The notes under the pieces are model-generated. The model was not told where the DNA came from. It saw only the letters and a list, made by a program, of their open reading frames with translations, and searched no databases. DNA of 64,000 nucleotides from a virus. Below, one piece after another: positions 1 through 9,063 of this stretch. The stretch is taken from IMG/VR virus record IMGVR_UViG_3300037583_000003, positions 1-64,000 of that record. One strand, written 5' to 3'. The first letter of the stretch is position 1, and each line of letters opens with the position of its first letter. The position numbers and the translations under genes were made by a program.

Positions 1-1307
1 CCCTGATTAAACTTAGGTTGAACTCCAGTAACAAATCTAGTTACCTTATCCCTAGCTGGTCTGATACCTTTATCCTTACTTCCAGGTTTCCTACCAAAAC
101 TAAACCAAGTACCCCTAGTTAGCATCATTTCCTCAAGTACTGGTATGAACCCTCCTTGTTGACCTGATGTCTCTATACCTACAGCTATGGGATTCCACTC
201 TTTAACATAGTCAAACAAGTCCTCTAGATTTCTCTGCATGTCTTGTCTCTTACACTGACCATCTGTGAGTAACCAATCACCATTATTGGATACAGCAAAT
301 ACCCCTATAGTAGAGAAGTCAGCACTCTTTTTAGTACTGTTTGCAAAGTCAGTTACTATATATATGTTGTATAGATGTCTGTTCTTCTTAAGTGCAGTTG
401 GATCAAACCAGTTAATCTCTTCCTTACTAACTAATAGCGTGGTTAGATCTGTTACATTCAGCATGAACTCAGTATAGAAGCTTTGAGTCTTACCAGCTGA
501 CTTGTACTGTCTGAATAGCTTAGACGCATACTTGTAGTCAAACCTATCTGGCCATACACTGTCAAAATCTTCCTCACTACAAGGGAAGTTACTACATAGA
601 GGTATTCTAACTAGGAAGTACTCACCACTGTTCTTTAGCTTATGAAGCAAGTCATCCTCACATAGTGGAGTACCTACATAGATTACTTTATGTCTAGGTA
701 CTAGTGCAGGTAGTGCTGAGTTGAACCAGTTAGTGTCTACTGTGTTTCGTACTGTAGCTGAAGTCATTACCTCGTTACTTAGTACGTCATCTGCCAGTAT
801 TGCAGAAGGCCTATGTCCACTTTTACTCCTTATCCCCCTCCAGTTAACGTTCATACCCCTACCAGCTACTATCATCTCAACACCGTCTGCATTTACAAAC
901 TCTATCTCGTTATCTATCTGCTTAGGTATAGTAATTAACTTACTAAGGAATACACTATTTTTAACCTTAGAGTCCAAGTTCTTGAAGAACGCTTTTACGT
1001 TACCATCTTGGTTAGCTCCTAGGAATACCATAAACGGCACTTTACCGAATCCTGGCCAGTACCCGAGAGCAGCTATGTAGATAACAGCGTACTCTAGTAC
1101 GGTAGACTTACCCATACCCCTTAGACACTCTATTAGCACATACTGGTCTTCTTCCCTACCTGAGAACAGAGCATCGGCTATCCTGTAATGTGCTTCTGGT
1201 GAGGTGTTCTCTTCATTACCTGTAGCCCTTATAAAGGCAATAAACTTTATAGCCTCTTTAGTAGGTATGTACCGTTTAGCTATATCTAGTTCACCTCTTG
1301 TAGTCAT
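1..1307 (-). CDS. terL: Terminase large subunit, N-terminal part (runs off the window edge)
   Basis: Absent from the ORF track because no stop lies in the window. Manual translation from ATG 1307 gives MTTRGELDIAKRYIPTKEAIKFIAFIRATGNEENTSPEAHYRIADALF...IECLRGMGKSTV (Walker A), like the N4 gp68 N-terminus. It has an ATGA overlap with the upstream gene. Confidence 0.9.
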   Translation of the reverse strand, partial: MTTRGELDIAKRYIPTKEAIKFIAFIRATGNEENTSPEAHYRIADALFSGREEDQYVLIECLRGMGKSTVLEYAVIYIAALGYWPGFGKVPFMVFLGANQDGNVKAFFKNLDSKVKNSVFLSKLITIPKQIDNEIEFVNADGVEMIVAGRGMNVNWRGIRSKSGHRPSAILADDVLSNEVMTSATVRNTVDTNWFNSALPALVPRHKVIYVGTPLCEDDLLHKLKNSGEYFLVRIPLCSNFPCSEEDFDSVWPDRFDYKYASKLFRQYKSAGKTQSFYTEFMLNVTDLTTLLVSKEEINWFDPTALKKNRHLYNIYIVTDFANSTKKSADFSTIGVFAVSNNGDWLLTDGQCKRQDMQRNLEDLFDYVKEWNPIAVGIETSGQQGGFIPVLEEMMLTRGTWFSFGRKPGSKDKGIRPARDKVTRFVTGVQPKFNQ

Positions 1308-2053
1308 CCTATAACCTCACCTTCTATAGCGTCTTCAACAACTTTCATAGCACCTAACTCCTTAAGTCCAGTTGAGCCTCTTTCTAACTCTTTCACGGAG
1401 AGGGCAGCAAACTTAGCTAACTGCTCCTGCATCTGATTGACTGCGCTACTTTCAACCACACCTACCTCTAGCTCTATCTTCTGTACCTCAACACCTTTAG
1501 TAGCTATTAACAACTCCTTAGCAGCGTTTATCTTATCCCGATCTAGTTTAGCAGACATTGTTAAGTCTGATAGTACACCTATAGCTTTATACCTAGCACC
1601 GAGGTACATAATATCTATTGGTGCTCTTGCCATAATCAGTATATCTGTTACTAATGGGGATGCTCTATACACTGTAGCTGCACTGGCTAATGTACGGTAA
1701 CCAGCCTCAGTAGACTTAGCATCCCTATGAGCAATTACAGAGTCCCTATACCTGAATACCCTTTTATACGCCTCTATAGCTATATCACCGTTAGTAGACA
1801 GATACGCACAGAACTTTAACGCGTTGAGGTACTTCTCAACACTACAACCACCTCTCTGTTTACGCATAACAGACTCAAGTGAGACTGCACTGGACAATAG
1901 ACTGACACCTTGGAATTCTGGATCTTCCAGAGAATCATTTAGTGCCATAACAGCTCCAGGCGTAACTACTACATCCTTAGATGCAAATGCTTCCTTTATA
2001 GCATCCTGTGTTACAAAACTGGTATCTGCTGGTTTACGCATGTCTATTCCCAC
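1304..2053 (-). CDS. N4 gp69-like protein, putative terminase small subunit
   Basis: 249-aa ORF coupled directly upstream of terL, in the conserved N4-like position. The true start may be the ATG at 2041. Confidence 0.6.
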   Translation of the reverse strand: MGIDMRKPADTSFVTQDAIKEAFASKDVVVTPGAVMALNDSLEDPEFQGVSLLSSAVSLESVMRKQRGGCSVEKYLNALKFCAYLSTNGDIAIEAYKRVFRYRDSVIAHRDAKSTEAGYRTLASAATVYRASPLVTDILIMARAPIDIMYLGARYKAIGVLSDLTMSAKLDRDKINAAKELLIATKGVEVQKIELEVGVVESSAVNQMQEQLAKFAALSVKELERGSTGLKELGAMKVVEDAIEGEVIG

Positions 2054-2189
2054 AACGATTTTTAAGTAGCACTAGGTACTTATCGTAGTTAATCGCTTCC
2101 TTTGCTGTATGTAACTTAGTACCAACAGTACTTGATTTCTGCTTACGCTTATCAATACCACTTACGTAACTACCCACTCTTACTTCCAT
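2034..2189 (-). CDS. Small basic hypothetical protein (51 aa)
   Basis: Manual ORF MEVRVGSYVSG...GNRHA that fills the gap between neighbours, with an AGGAG-type SD upstream. Confidence 0.5.
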   Translation of the reverse strand: MEVRVGSYVSGIDKRKQKSSTVGTKLHTAKEAINYDKYLVLLKNRCGNRHA

Positions 2190-2364
2190 CTGCTAACTCC
2201 TTAATTAATTTACTTCTACGAGTCCTTAACCCTCTAAGGTACTTCATACTACACATCCAGTAAGGTTGATCCATATCTATTTCTATAGCAGCTATTTGCT
2301 CTTCTACGGATAGGTCACTTACATCACTTACCTCTAGTCTTGTCTTCATTAACCAACCTATCAT
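2170..2364 (-). CDS. Hypothetical protein
   Basis: ORF track, tightly packed operon; the real start is probably the internal Met (MKTRLE). Confidence 0.5.
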   Translation of the reverse strand: MIGWLMKTRLEVSDVSDLSVEEQIAAIEIDMDQPYWMCSMKYLRGLRTRRSKLIKELADGSKSG

Positions 2365-2644
2365 ACTTAGTTACTACGTCATCTAGGTCTACATCAAAGA
2401 ACTCAGTAGACCCTCCAAACTTAAACTCAGTCTTGTAACTAAACCCTTTAAGCTCCTTGTGCAATGTAGCTTCTAATCTGTATACGTTATCTACTTTCCT
2501 ATACCGCTTGACATAACATTGAGGGAATATTCTATACTTCTTCCATATACCCACTAGTATCTCAGTAACCCTGTCCTCTACTTTAGATCTACAGGTCACA
2601 CCAACCTTGACAAGGGACTTACCTTCTAGGTTTACTTCCAACAC
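2324..2644 (-). CDS. T5orf172/MUG113-type GIY-YIG-like domain protein
   Basis: Motifs (GILY)VLE...VKVGVT..R...LEATLH...GGSTEFF. The frame stays open upstream of the annotated start. Confidence 0.7.
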   Translation of the reverse strand: MLEVNLEGKSLVKVGVTCRSKVEDRVTEILVGIWKKYRIFPQCYVKRYRKVDNVYRLEATLHKELKGFSYKTEFKFGGSTEFFDVDLDDVVTKYDRLVNEDKTRGK

Positions 2645-2684
2645 ATAAAGTATCCCGCTTTTAACGAGACCTATTGTAGCTATT

Positions 2685-3116
2685 TTAGACTGGATTAGTT
2701 AACTCCTTAATCCTAGCGTTAAGTACCTTATAGTAACCAACCATGTGTGTGTACTGCCAATTAAGCAACTCCCAAGATCGGTTACTTAAGTGCACTGGCT
2801 TACCATTAGTTAGGTAATTTTTTAGTTCGAGTTCTAAAACCCCTAGGTCGCTAAGTTCTGCATTTAATTTTTGTACAACAAGGTCAACTGTACTGGTAAC
2901 TTCAGAGTAACCATTGTCAAACTGCTCCTTTGGTGACCATGAAATGTAACCTTCATGCCTTGAGTCGTTAGGCTTACCGCCATCTACGTACTCTACTAGG
3001 TAACCTTCATCATCACCATTTTCATCCTCTGGCAACTCCCATCCCCTGTACTCATTGTAGTCAAGCCTATTCATAGGGTTTGCTTTTACTTCTTTGTGAC
3101 ATTTGAATATCTTCAT
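2685..3116 (-). CDS. Two-domain phage protein: GYLVEY...YISWSPK domain plus crAss001_48-like helical domain
   Basis: N-terminus PMNRLDYNEYRGW...EGYLVEYVDGGKPN...GYISWSPKEQF; C-terminus LL.WQ..HM.GY.KVL.ARI. Confidence 0.6.
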   Translation of the reverse strand: MKIFKCHKEVKANPMNRLDYNEYRGWELPEDENGDDEGYLVEYVDGGKPNDSRHEGYISWSPKEQFDNGYSEVTSTVDLVVQKLNAELSDLGVLELELKNYLTNGKPVHLSNRSWELLNWQYTHMVGYYKVLNARIKELTNPV

Positions 3117-3137
3117 ATACTGTTACTTCCTCATTAT

Positions 3138-3254
3138 TTAATCTTCAATACCGTCATCTAGTAGTTCAGCTACTTCTGCTATATCGTCTGTACCATACAG
3201 CTCTTCAAGCTCTTCTACTGTCCGACCACCATCATTTTTGTTTATTACTTTCAT
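3138..3254 (-). CDS. Small acidic peptide (38 aa)
   Basis: Manual ORF MKVINKNDGGRTVEELEELYGTDDIAEVAELLDDGIED. Confidence 0.35.
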   Translation of the reverse strand: MKVINKNDGGRTVEELEELYGTDDIAEVAELLDDGIED

Positions 3255-3306
3255 GTATACCACCAGCTTATTGAGTCTAGTATATTACATGACCTTACCA
3301 ACCAAT

Positions 3307-3564
3307 TCAACCTGACCCTAGTAGTTTAGCTACACTTGACACCCTGTTACTAGATACTCCGTCTACTGTGACCTTACATCCTTCAGCTAACTGCTCTACC
3401 ATTAGCGGTTGCCTAATAGCTATGTAAACGCAGTAACCCACTAGCCTCGGACTGCATCCCCATGAGTCAGCTGCTGATTGCTTACTAACTCCCAGCTTAC
3501 ACATATCACCATAAGCATTTACAGCTCTCTGTGAGGTAGTTAGTCCGTCTCTACTGGTTTGCAT
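3307..3564 (-). CDS. Stand-alone HTH domain of the ParB-like paralog family
   Basis: LTTSQRAV...AADSWGCSPRLV...QPLMVEQLAEGCKVTV aligns with the C-half of 5783..6496 (VAKDWGCTPRLL...EPGMFEALHAGKNATI). Confidence 0.65.
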   Translation of the reverse strand: MQTSRDGLTTSQRAVNAYGDMCKLGVSKQSAADSWGCSPRLVGYCVYIAIRQPLMVEQLAEGCKVTVDGVSSNRVSSVAKLLGSG

Positions 3565-3886
3565 TCTTTACAGCCCTAACTACAACTCGTACATCATCCA
3601 TTTCAATAACCTTACTATTAGGATTCATAGCCATTGTAGTTGAACCATTAGCTTGTAACTCTTTAGCAACCACTGGGCTATGCTTCCATAAGTACCTAGC
3701 ATTCCTTAGTAGGTTATAACCTAAGCTAGACACCTCTAACGTCTCCTTATTAGTGAGACCAGCTTCTTTCTGGTACATTATCGCATCTAATGCCATCTGT
3801 GATTCGGTTCTCGGTTGGGAACAGCTACCGTATAAGTTTACGAAGAACTCAACAACTACTTTAAATAATATTTTAAGTTTCAACAT
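3551..3886 (-). CDS. HTH-domain protein of the ParB-like paralog family
   Basis: TESQMALDA...GLTNKE...LLRNARYLWKHSPVVAKELQANG shows the same pattern as the other paralogs. Confidence 0.55.
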   Translation of the reverse strand: MLKLKILFKVVVEFFVNLYGSCSQPRTESQMALDAIMYQKEAGLTNKETLEVSSLGYNLLRNARYLWKHSPVVAKELQANGSTTMAMNPNSKVIEMDDVRVVVRAVKNANQ

Positions 3887-3962
3887 CTAAATCTCCTATT
3901 GTTAATTAGTGGGCATTATTGCATAATACTGACACCTAATCAACTACCAAGGAAACCTTTTT

Positions 3963-4535
3963 ATGGGTTACATAACAGAACACAAACGTTTAGCTAAACC
4001 GAAGAACGCTAACACCTTCTATAGGAAGTTTATATCAGAGGACATACTAGATCTACTAGAGAAGTCCTCATCAGTAGAAGCTGACGATGGGTCATTTACC
4101 TTTAACCTACCTCTTGATATAGTACCAGCTAGCCGTCCAAGACTAGGTAGAGGGATTGCCTATACAGCTGAACCTTACAACAGTTTTAAGAAAGTACTAT
4201 CAGAGTTCTTTGCTTCAACACTAGGTGATTACCTATTAACCTCATTCCATGACGTACCACTTAGGCTGGAGCTAGTAGTTGGATACAAGATACCCAAGTC
4301 CTATAGCAAGAAGAAGAGAGCTGACCTACTAGGACAATACAAGATAACTACACCAGATTGCGATAACGTAGTTAAGTGTGTAGAAGATGCACTAGAGCAA
4401 TCGGGTATAATAGGTAATGACTCAACTATAGCTATAGTCACAGTAACTAAGCTATGGGCTGAGGATTACTCATCTACTATTAAAGTAAACAAACTACAAC
4501 GCTTACCTACCACTGGAGACACTTATGACCATTAA
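3963..4535 (+). CDS. rusA: RusA-family Holliday junction resolvase
   Basis: PASRPR...Y, TPDCDNVVKCVEDAL..SGIIGNDS.I....K.W: RusA catalytic Asp/Lys pattern. Confidence 0.85.
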   Translation: MGYITEHKRLAKPKNANTFYRKFISEDILDLLEKSSSVEADDGSFTFNLPLDIVPASRPRLGRGIAYTAEPYNSFKKVLSEFFASTLGDYLLTSFHDVPLRLELVVGYKIPKSYSKKKRADLLGQYKITTPDCDNVVKCVEDALEQSGIIGNDSTIAIVTVTKLWAEDYSSTIKVNKLQRLPTTGDTYDH

Positions 4536-5127
4536 CAGGATCAACTACAGGACAGTCACTAAAAAAGATCTACCTTTCAGTTCTATACTCAAGTTTATAA
4601 ACGATAACTATGTGGTAGCTAGATCTGAGTGGCATAGTACCTGTATGCAACTACGTCTAGGCTCTAACGGTGGATTAGAACTCCTATCCGCTTCTGGTCA
4701 CTACTTGAAGAACTACGCCATACCAAGTGCTGATTGTTTAGCTACTGACTGGTTAGTACTATCAGGTGGTCCAAAAAACCCTCCTAGGGTTAGTATAGCA
4801 GTTAGGTCAAACGAATACCTACCACCTAACAAGTATGGAGGTCATCAAGATCAGATGGCTCAGTACCTAGCTATTATCACTAAAGCTAAGTCTAAAGGTA
4901 TAGAACCTCACATACTTGCAAAGAGAGCCGGTCTTAATGTACCTCTTATGAAGAGACTAGTAAAACTAATCGCACAGTGCCCTGAGATCGTTATGTTCCT
5001 TGAACTAGGTCTTAGTGTAACTATAGAGAGAGCATCAGACCTGGTTAGAACTACTACCAGATCTATCCCTCAACTATGTGCTGTAAACGCTAATAACAAC
5101 GCTTACTACAAGGCTGGTAAGGGTTAG
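4525..5127 (+). CDS. DUF2829/Tad2-like domain fused to a ParB-family HTH domain
   Basis: N-terminus F..IL......VARSEW...M.L...PSADCLATDWLV fits the DUF2829/Tad2 consensus. C-terminus QDQMA...LAKRAGLN..LMKRL..L...CPEIV.FLELGLSVTI fits the local HTH family. Confidence 0.55.
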   Translation: MTINRINYRTVTKKDLPFSSILKFINDNYVVARSEWHSTCMQLRLGSNGGLELLSASGHYLKNYAIPSADCLATDWLVLSGGPKNPPRVSIAVRSNEYLPPNKYGGHQDQMAQYLAIITKAKSKGIEPHILAKRAGLNVPLMKRLVKLIAQCPEIVMFLELGLSVTIERASDLVRTTTRSIPQLCAVNANNNAYYKAGKG

Positions 5128-5690
5128 CTACTCTTCCTATCGCGAGCAGTTACTGAGTTCACGTTGAGTTCATTGTTACTCTTAGCTATACGAAGTAACG
5201 TACCTATCCTATGAGTAGTAACTGTAATACCCTTAGTTACATCTTGGATAGTTACTTCCTTGCCATTGAACAGCATGTCCTCTACCTCTGGTACTATAGC
5301 TAACAACTCCTCTAGTGCTCTTAGGGAGTTTAGCTTAACACCAAACTCTTTACACACGGCTGGTCTGGATAACCTTGAGTTGTTATGCTTAATATACGCC
5401 ATAACTAGTTGTTGCTCTGGTAACACATCCCTTCTTACATTAAGTGCCTCTACAACCATAGCTACATCTTCTAGTGGTGTACTGCTTGGTTGTACCTCTA
5501 TTTTTAACTCTAGACCTAGCTCTATGCAAGCTCTTTGCCTAGCTCGACCATCTACTATCTCACCTCTCCATACCCTAACTGGTAGTTGCTGACCTACTGC
5601 GTCTATACTCCTTACAAGAGCTTCGTATTCTGACGTTGTTAGTTTAGGTTGGTTATTAGCTAACTGGTGTACTTTGTATGTTACTGTCAT
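5124..5690 (-). CDS. ParB/Srx-like N-terminal domain plus HTH protein
   Basis: L..SI...GQ..PV..W.GEIVDGRARQRAC..LG...LNVRRD. Confidence 0.8.
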   Translation of the reverse strand: MTVTYKVHQLANNQPKLTTSEYEALVRSIDAVGQQLPVRVWRGEIVDGRARQRACIELGLELKIEVQPSSTPLEDVAMVVEALNVRRDVLPEQQLVMAYIKHNNSRLSRPAVCKEFGVKLNSLRALEELLAIVPEVEDMLFNGKEVTIQDVTKGITVTTHRIGTLLRIAKSNNELNVNSVTARDRKSS

Positions 5691-5782
5691 TTTGTTGTTC
5701 CTATCTATTGCTGGTTACTGTGGTGTTAGTTTGTAAACAAGCTATGTCATACGTCTACTTGTTTACGATTGGTTGTCATTTA

Positions 5783-6496
5783 CTAGGAGAATATACCTTC
5801 TAGCTCTATACTAGTCCTATAGTTGTACAGTTCTACTAGTTTCACGTACAACTCTGGACTTCCTGTAGAGCCAGCTATGAGCTTAATGAACTCAGCCCTT
5901 AGCGTCACATCATCTATACACTTACTGTAGTCTATCGTGCTTGTGTCCTTCTTTAGCTTCCTGTTACTTACAGCTATCTTCAACAACTTATTTACCATAC
6001 TAGTAGCTACAACAACTCCAGTACGGTAGTCCATTATAGTAGCGTTCTTACCTGCATGAAGTGCTTCAAACATACCAGGCTCTAGTTTCATTAGTGCTTT
6101 GAAGCTAGTTAGTAGTCTAGGAGTACATCCCCAGTCCTTAGCTACAACTGCATTACTATAACCGTGACCTAAACCATGCTTATACGCCACAGCAACCACC
6201 TGAGTAGTCTTAAGGTTACGTCTAGTGTTGTAACTCTTAACTTCAGCTTTAGCCTGTTCTAACGAAAGCTCACTACCATCTGGATTCTTTAGGTTAGTTA
6301 CCTTAAGTTCTCTACCTAGTTCAATACATGACTTCTGTCTACACCTGCCATCTATAATCTCACCTTTCCACAGTAGAGCTGATTGCTTCTGTCCATTCTT
6401 CTCTATGTCCCTAGTCAAGGCTTCTTGCTCTGCTGGTCCAGCTAGAGGTACTAGGTTAGCTAGGTCGTTTATTGCGTATATCTTAGTTTTACTCAT
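5783..6496 (-). CDS. ParB/Srx-like N-terminal domain plus HTH protein
   Basis: ALTRDIEKNGQ...WKGEIIDGRCRQKSC...YNTRRNL. Confidence 0.8.
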   Translation of the reverse strand: MSKTKIYAINDLANLVPLAGPAEQEALTRDIEKNGQKQSALLWKGEIIDGRCRQKSCIELGRELKVTNLKNPDGSELSLEQAKAEVKSYNTRRNLKTTQVVAVAYKHGLGHGYSNAVVAKDWGCTPRLLTSFKALMKLEPGMFEALHAGKNATIMDYRTGVVVATSMVNKLLKIAVSNRKLKKDTSTIDYSKCIDDVTLRAEFIKLIAGSTGSPELYVKLVELYNYRTSIELEGIFS

Positions 6497-6959
6497 TGTT
6501 CTTCTTCTTGTTGGTTAACTGTTTCGCTTTATTGCTAAACTTGTGACTATCTTACACTAGATTACACTAGAATCAACTACTAATTTCACTTTTATTTGTT
6601 ACATTTTTACCTATACCCTAGCTACTGCCTAGTTTACTAGCATTAAGGTTTTTCACATTACATCGGTGTAAACACTATTCGAGCTAGTCGACTTCCAGTT
6701 CAAATAACCTAAAATCTAGAGTTCAAGAATCAGATTCTACGACTTTACTCTGACATAAACCAAAGCCAAATCTCTATCCAGACCTACAACAAAACCAACC
6801 CCTTCTTTTATCCATATATATACAATGTAAACCACACAATTTACAAGGTTATTATTTTAGCTGCTAGACCTACACCTATAGCTAGTTTGTGTGATCTATT
6901 AAAACCAATATGGGAGACCTCTTCTTTTTTAAAATTCTAGTTTTTTTCCATCGCTTCCA

Positions 6960-7113
6960 CTGGCATCCTGTGGTGTGATGGAGGTTACTTCTTCGTCAGT
7001 CGATGATTGTGTCAGCGAGATTCATTCCGTTCCGCTACGCTACACTCCAATCTCTTACGTGCCAGCAATCTTCTTCCTCCTAGAACCACCTCCAACAAAC
7101 CACAGTCAACCAG
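6960..7113. other. Long imperfect inverted repeat (hairpin), candidate terminus/origin/ssDNA promoter element
   Basis: Nested arms CTGG/CCAG, CTGTGGT/ACCACAG, TGGAGGT/ACCTCCA, GATTG/CAATC, GAGATT/AATCTC. The minus-strand apex is GC-GTA-GC. Confidence 0.7.
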
Positions 7114-7117
7114 CTCG

Positions 7118-7188
7118 CTAAGTAAAGGGTAGTTGGGGTGATAACTCCACTGCGTTCCGTTATCAATAACCATCCAGCCTTACTAGTC
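7118..7188. other. Second imperfect hairpin
   Basis: AGTAA.GG/CCTTACT, GGT/ACC, GATAAC/GTTATC. The minus-strand apex is AC-GCA-GT. Confidence 0.6.
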
Positions 7189-7212
7189 CAACCGTATCAA
7201 CCTGACCAAAGG

Positions 7213-7377
7213 AAAGTAGATCCTATATCAACAAACGCAAGCAAGGTAACAGAACTTAAGGGTTAGAATTTATTCTACGGATGGGTGGTTGAACAAGGGA
7301 GGTACAAGCGGAGGGGTCTTCCCCGTAGCTTTAACGAACCGCAGTAGACCAGCTAGACGTGTAATAAATTATATAAC
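7213..7377 (+). promoter_or_regulatory. Repeated structured element, copy A (candidate early/vRNAP promoter region)
   Basis: Shares ordered blocks AAAGTAG.TCCT, AGCAAGGT, TTAGAATT, GGGTGGTT, AGC.GAGGG..CTT..CCCG, AATTATA.AAC with 12263..12430. Confidence 0.55.
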
Positions 7378-8051
7378 CGTAGGTCTGTCTATAACTAGAT
7401 TTAAAACCTAGTTATATATGCGGAGTAACTTTAGTTTGTAACTTAGCTATACAACAACTACCCTCTCACTAGCACACCACTAGCCAGTCTAATAACTACT
7501 TAGTCCCTAGTAGTAGACTTAAAGGAGTTAACCCCGTGGTGAGGTTTACAGGAGCTATCGGTCACTACTACTTATGTATATATGTATGACTCTAGTTTGC
7601 AATCTAGCTAGGTTTCGAGTCTAGTTTATATATGCGGTATACAGTGGTACATGAGGTTATACGAGGTTATACGAGATCTAGTGTACATTGTATAGATGAT
7701 TCTACTATAGTGGTCTGTATGGGGGTGTATGGAGTTATTAGGGATATTAGAGTTATTAGTGTTATTGGGGTATAGGGATATAGGGATATAGTGGTAAAAT
7801 TCATGTAGGGAAATTATATAAATTTGTAGCGATGCAATACTACCTTCTGGGACTTACAACCTACAACACACCCCCCCTATCCACTTTATCTAGTCAAGTT
7901 TATCCAGCTACAAAAACCTACCTCGCTAGTTGTATCTCCTACATCCCATCTCTTACTACTGGATCACTTATTGTCCAAACGGTAGGATCAATTAAGATCC
8001 CTATGAACCAACTTTGGTTCGACAACAGTGCATTGCACAAAGGGACATATC

Positions 8052-8426
8052 ATGTCTAAGTTATCTAAGTACGTTAGCGTTACATTCAGAACTCAATCAG
8101 GTACAGGTATTCGTGGTTCAGTATTAAAAGGTTTAGACACTCCGTCTGAACCATTCGTACTATCTTTCAGTGGATTTGGTGAGCCTAACGAGAAAGGATT
8201 CATCTCTGCATTCTTTCGTAGTGACTCTGTACCTGGAGTTATTGTAGCTATGTTGGACACTCACCTTGAGTTACTAATCAAGGAAGGTAACGTAGTCCAG
8301 TTGGGTGATGAGCTACTATTGCAAGTTAACCCACCTAGAGGTTATAGTTTAGAGGAGTTTGACTCTGGTACTAAGCCAACAGTTGAGTTTGTCAAAGAAC
8401 TCAAGTCATCTAAAGGGAGTAAATAG
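8052..8426 (+). CDS. Early hypothetical protein
   Basis: ORF track 8028..8426; the ATG at 8052 follows an AAGGGA SD. First plus-strand gene after the non-coding region. Confidence 0.75.
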   Translation: MSKLSKYVSVTFRTQSGTGIRGSVLKGLDTPSEPFVLSFSGFGEPNEKGFISAFFRSDSVPGVIVAMLDTHLELLIKEGNVVQLGDELLLQVNPPRGYSLEEFDSGTKPTVEFVKELKSSKGSK

Positions 8427-8428
8427 CC

Positions 8429-8809
8429 ATGGCTGTTGTTAAAGAACGTGGTACTTTCGGTAAGGTTTGGGGAGCAATTGGTTCTTCAGCTCAGATCGTT
8501 GAAGCAGTTTCCCAGTCAGCAGTGATGGGAACTATGGGGGTTAGATCTTCAGCTCTAGCGTATGCTGTTAACTCAGCTACCGATACAGCTTCAGAACTTG
8601 GCCTAGTTGGATTAACCACAGAGGAAGCGTTGGCTGTGGTTGAAGTACTAACCATTCAGGTTACCAGTCCGAACAAGCTAAAAAGTGAGGAGTTGTTCAG
8701 TAAAGCAATGGCAAAGCAAGCTGAACTAGCTAAGGTTGAAACCGAGTTAGCTAAAGCTGAATCAGTTAAAGCTAAAGCTGAAGCTGAACTAGCTAAAGGT
8801 GGTGAGTAA
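8429..8809 (+). CDS. Early hypothetical protein with C-terminal AELAK coiled-coil repeats
   Basis: ORF track, GGAG SD, AELAK/TELAK repeats. Confidence 0.75.
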   Translation: MAVVKERGTFGKVWGAIGSSAQIVEAVSQSAVMGTMGVRSSALAYAVNSATDTASELGLVGLTTEEALAVVEVLTIQVTSPNKLKSEELFSKAMAKQAELAKVETELAKAESVKAKAEAELAKGGE

Positions 8810-8892
8810 TGAGAACTTACTACTTCATCCGTTACTGTTATGTAACAACCTCAATCAAGCTCAAGTCTTGGTTTAAGTAAACTAATAACTCT

Positions 8893-8919
8893 AGCCCTAG
8901 TGGTTAGGGTTTATTTTTT
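8893..8919 (+). terminator. Intrinsic terminator
   Basis: AGCCCTAG-TGG-TTAGGGTT followed by TATTTTTT. Confidence 0.75.
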
Positions 8920-9063
8920 ACTCACACTAGGATCTACACTCACACCTACACTCACACTTAAAGACAGTATCTAAGTCTGGCTTCTTCCATCTCCCTCTTC
9001 TCCTTTAATTAGTCTCGCTTTCTCCTAATGGTAGGTTAGGTTAGGTTTACTGAGGGTTACTCC

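Noticed and set aside
265-2069. Plus-strand ORFs 265, 721, 1437 and 1824
   Set aside because: They are antisense shadows of terL and the gp69-like gene, with no SD or motifs.
7832-8059. 75-aa ORF before the first early gene
   Set aside because: No clear SD, low-complexity sequence spanning a C8 run; more likely a non-coding leader.
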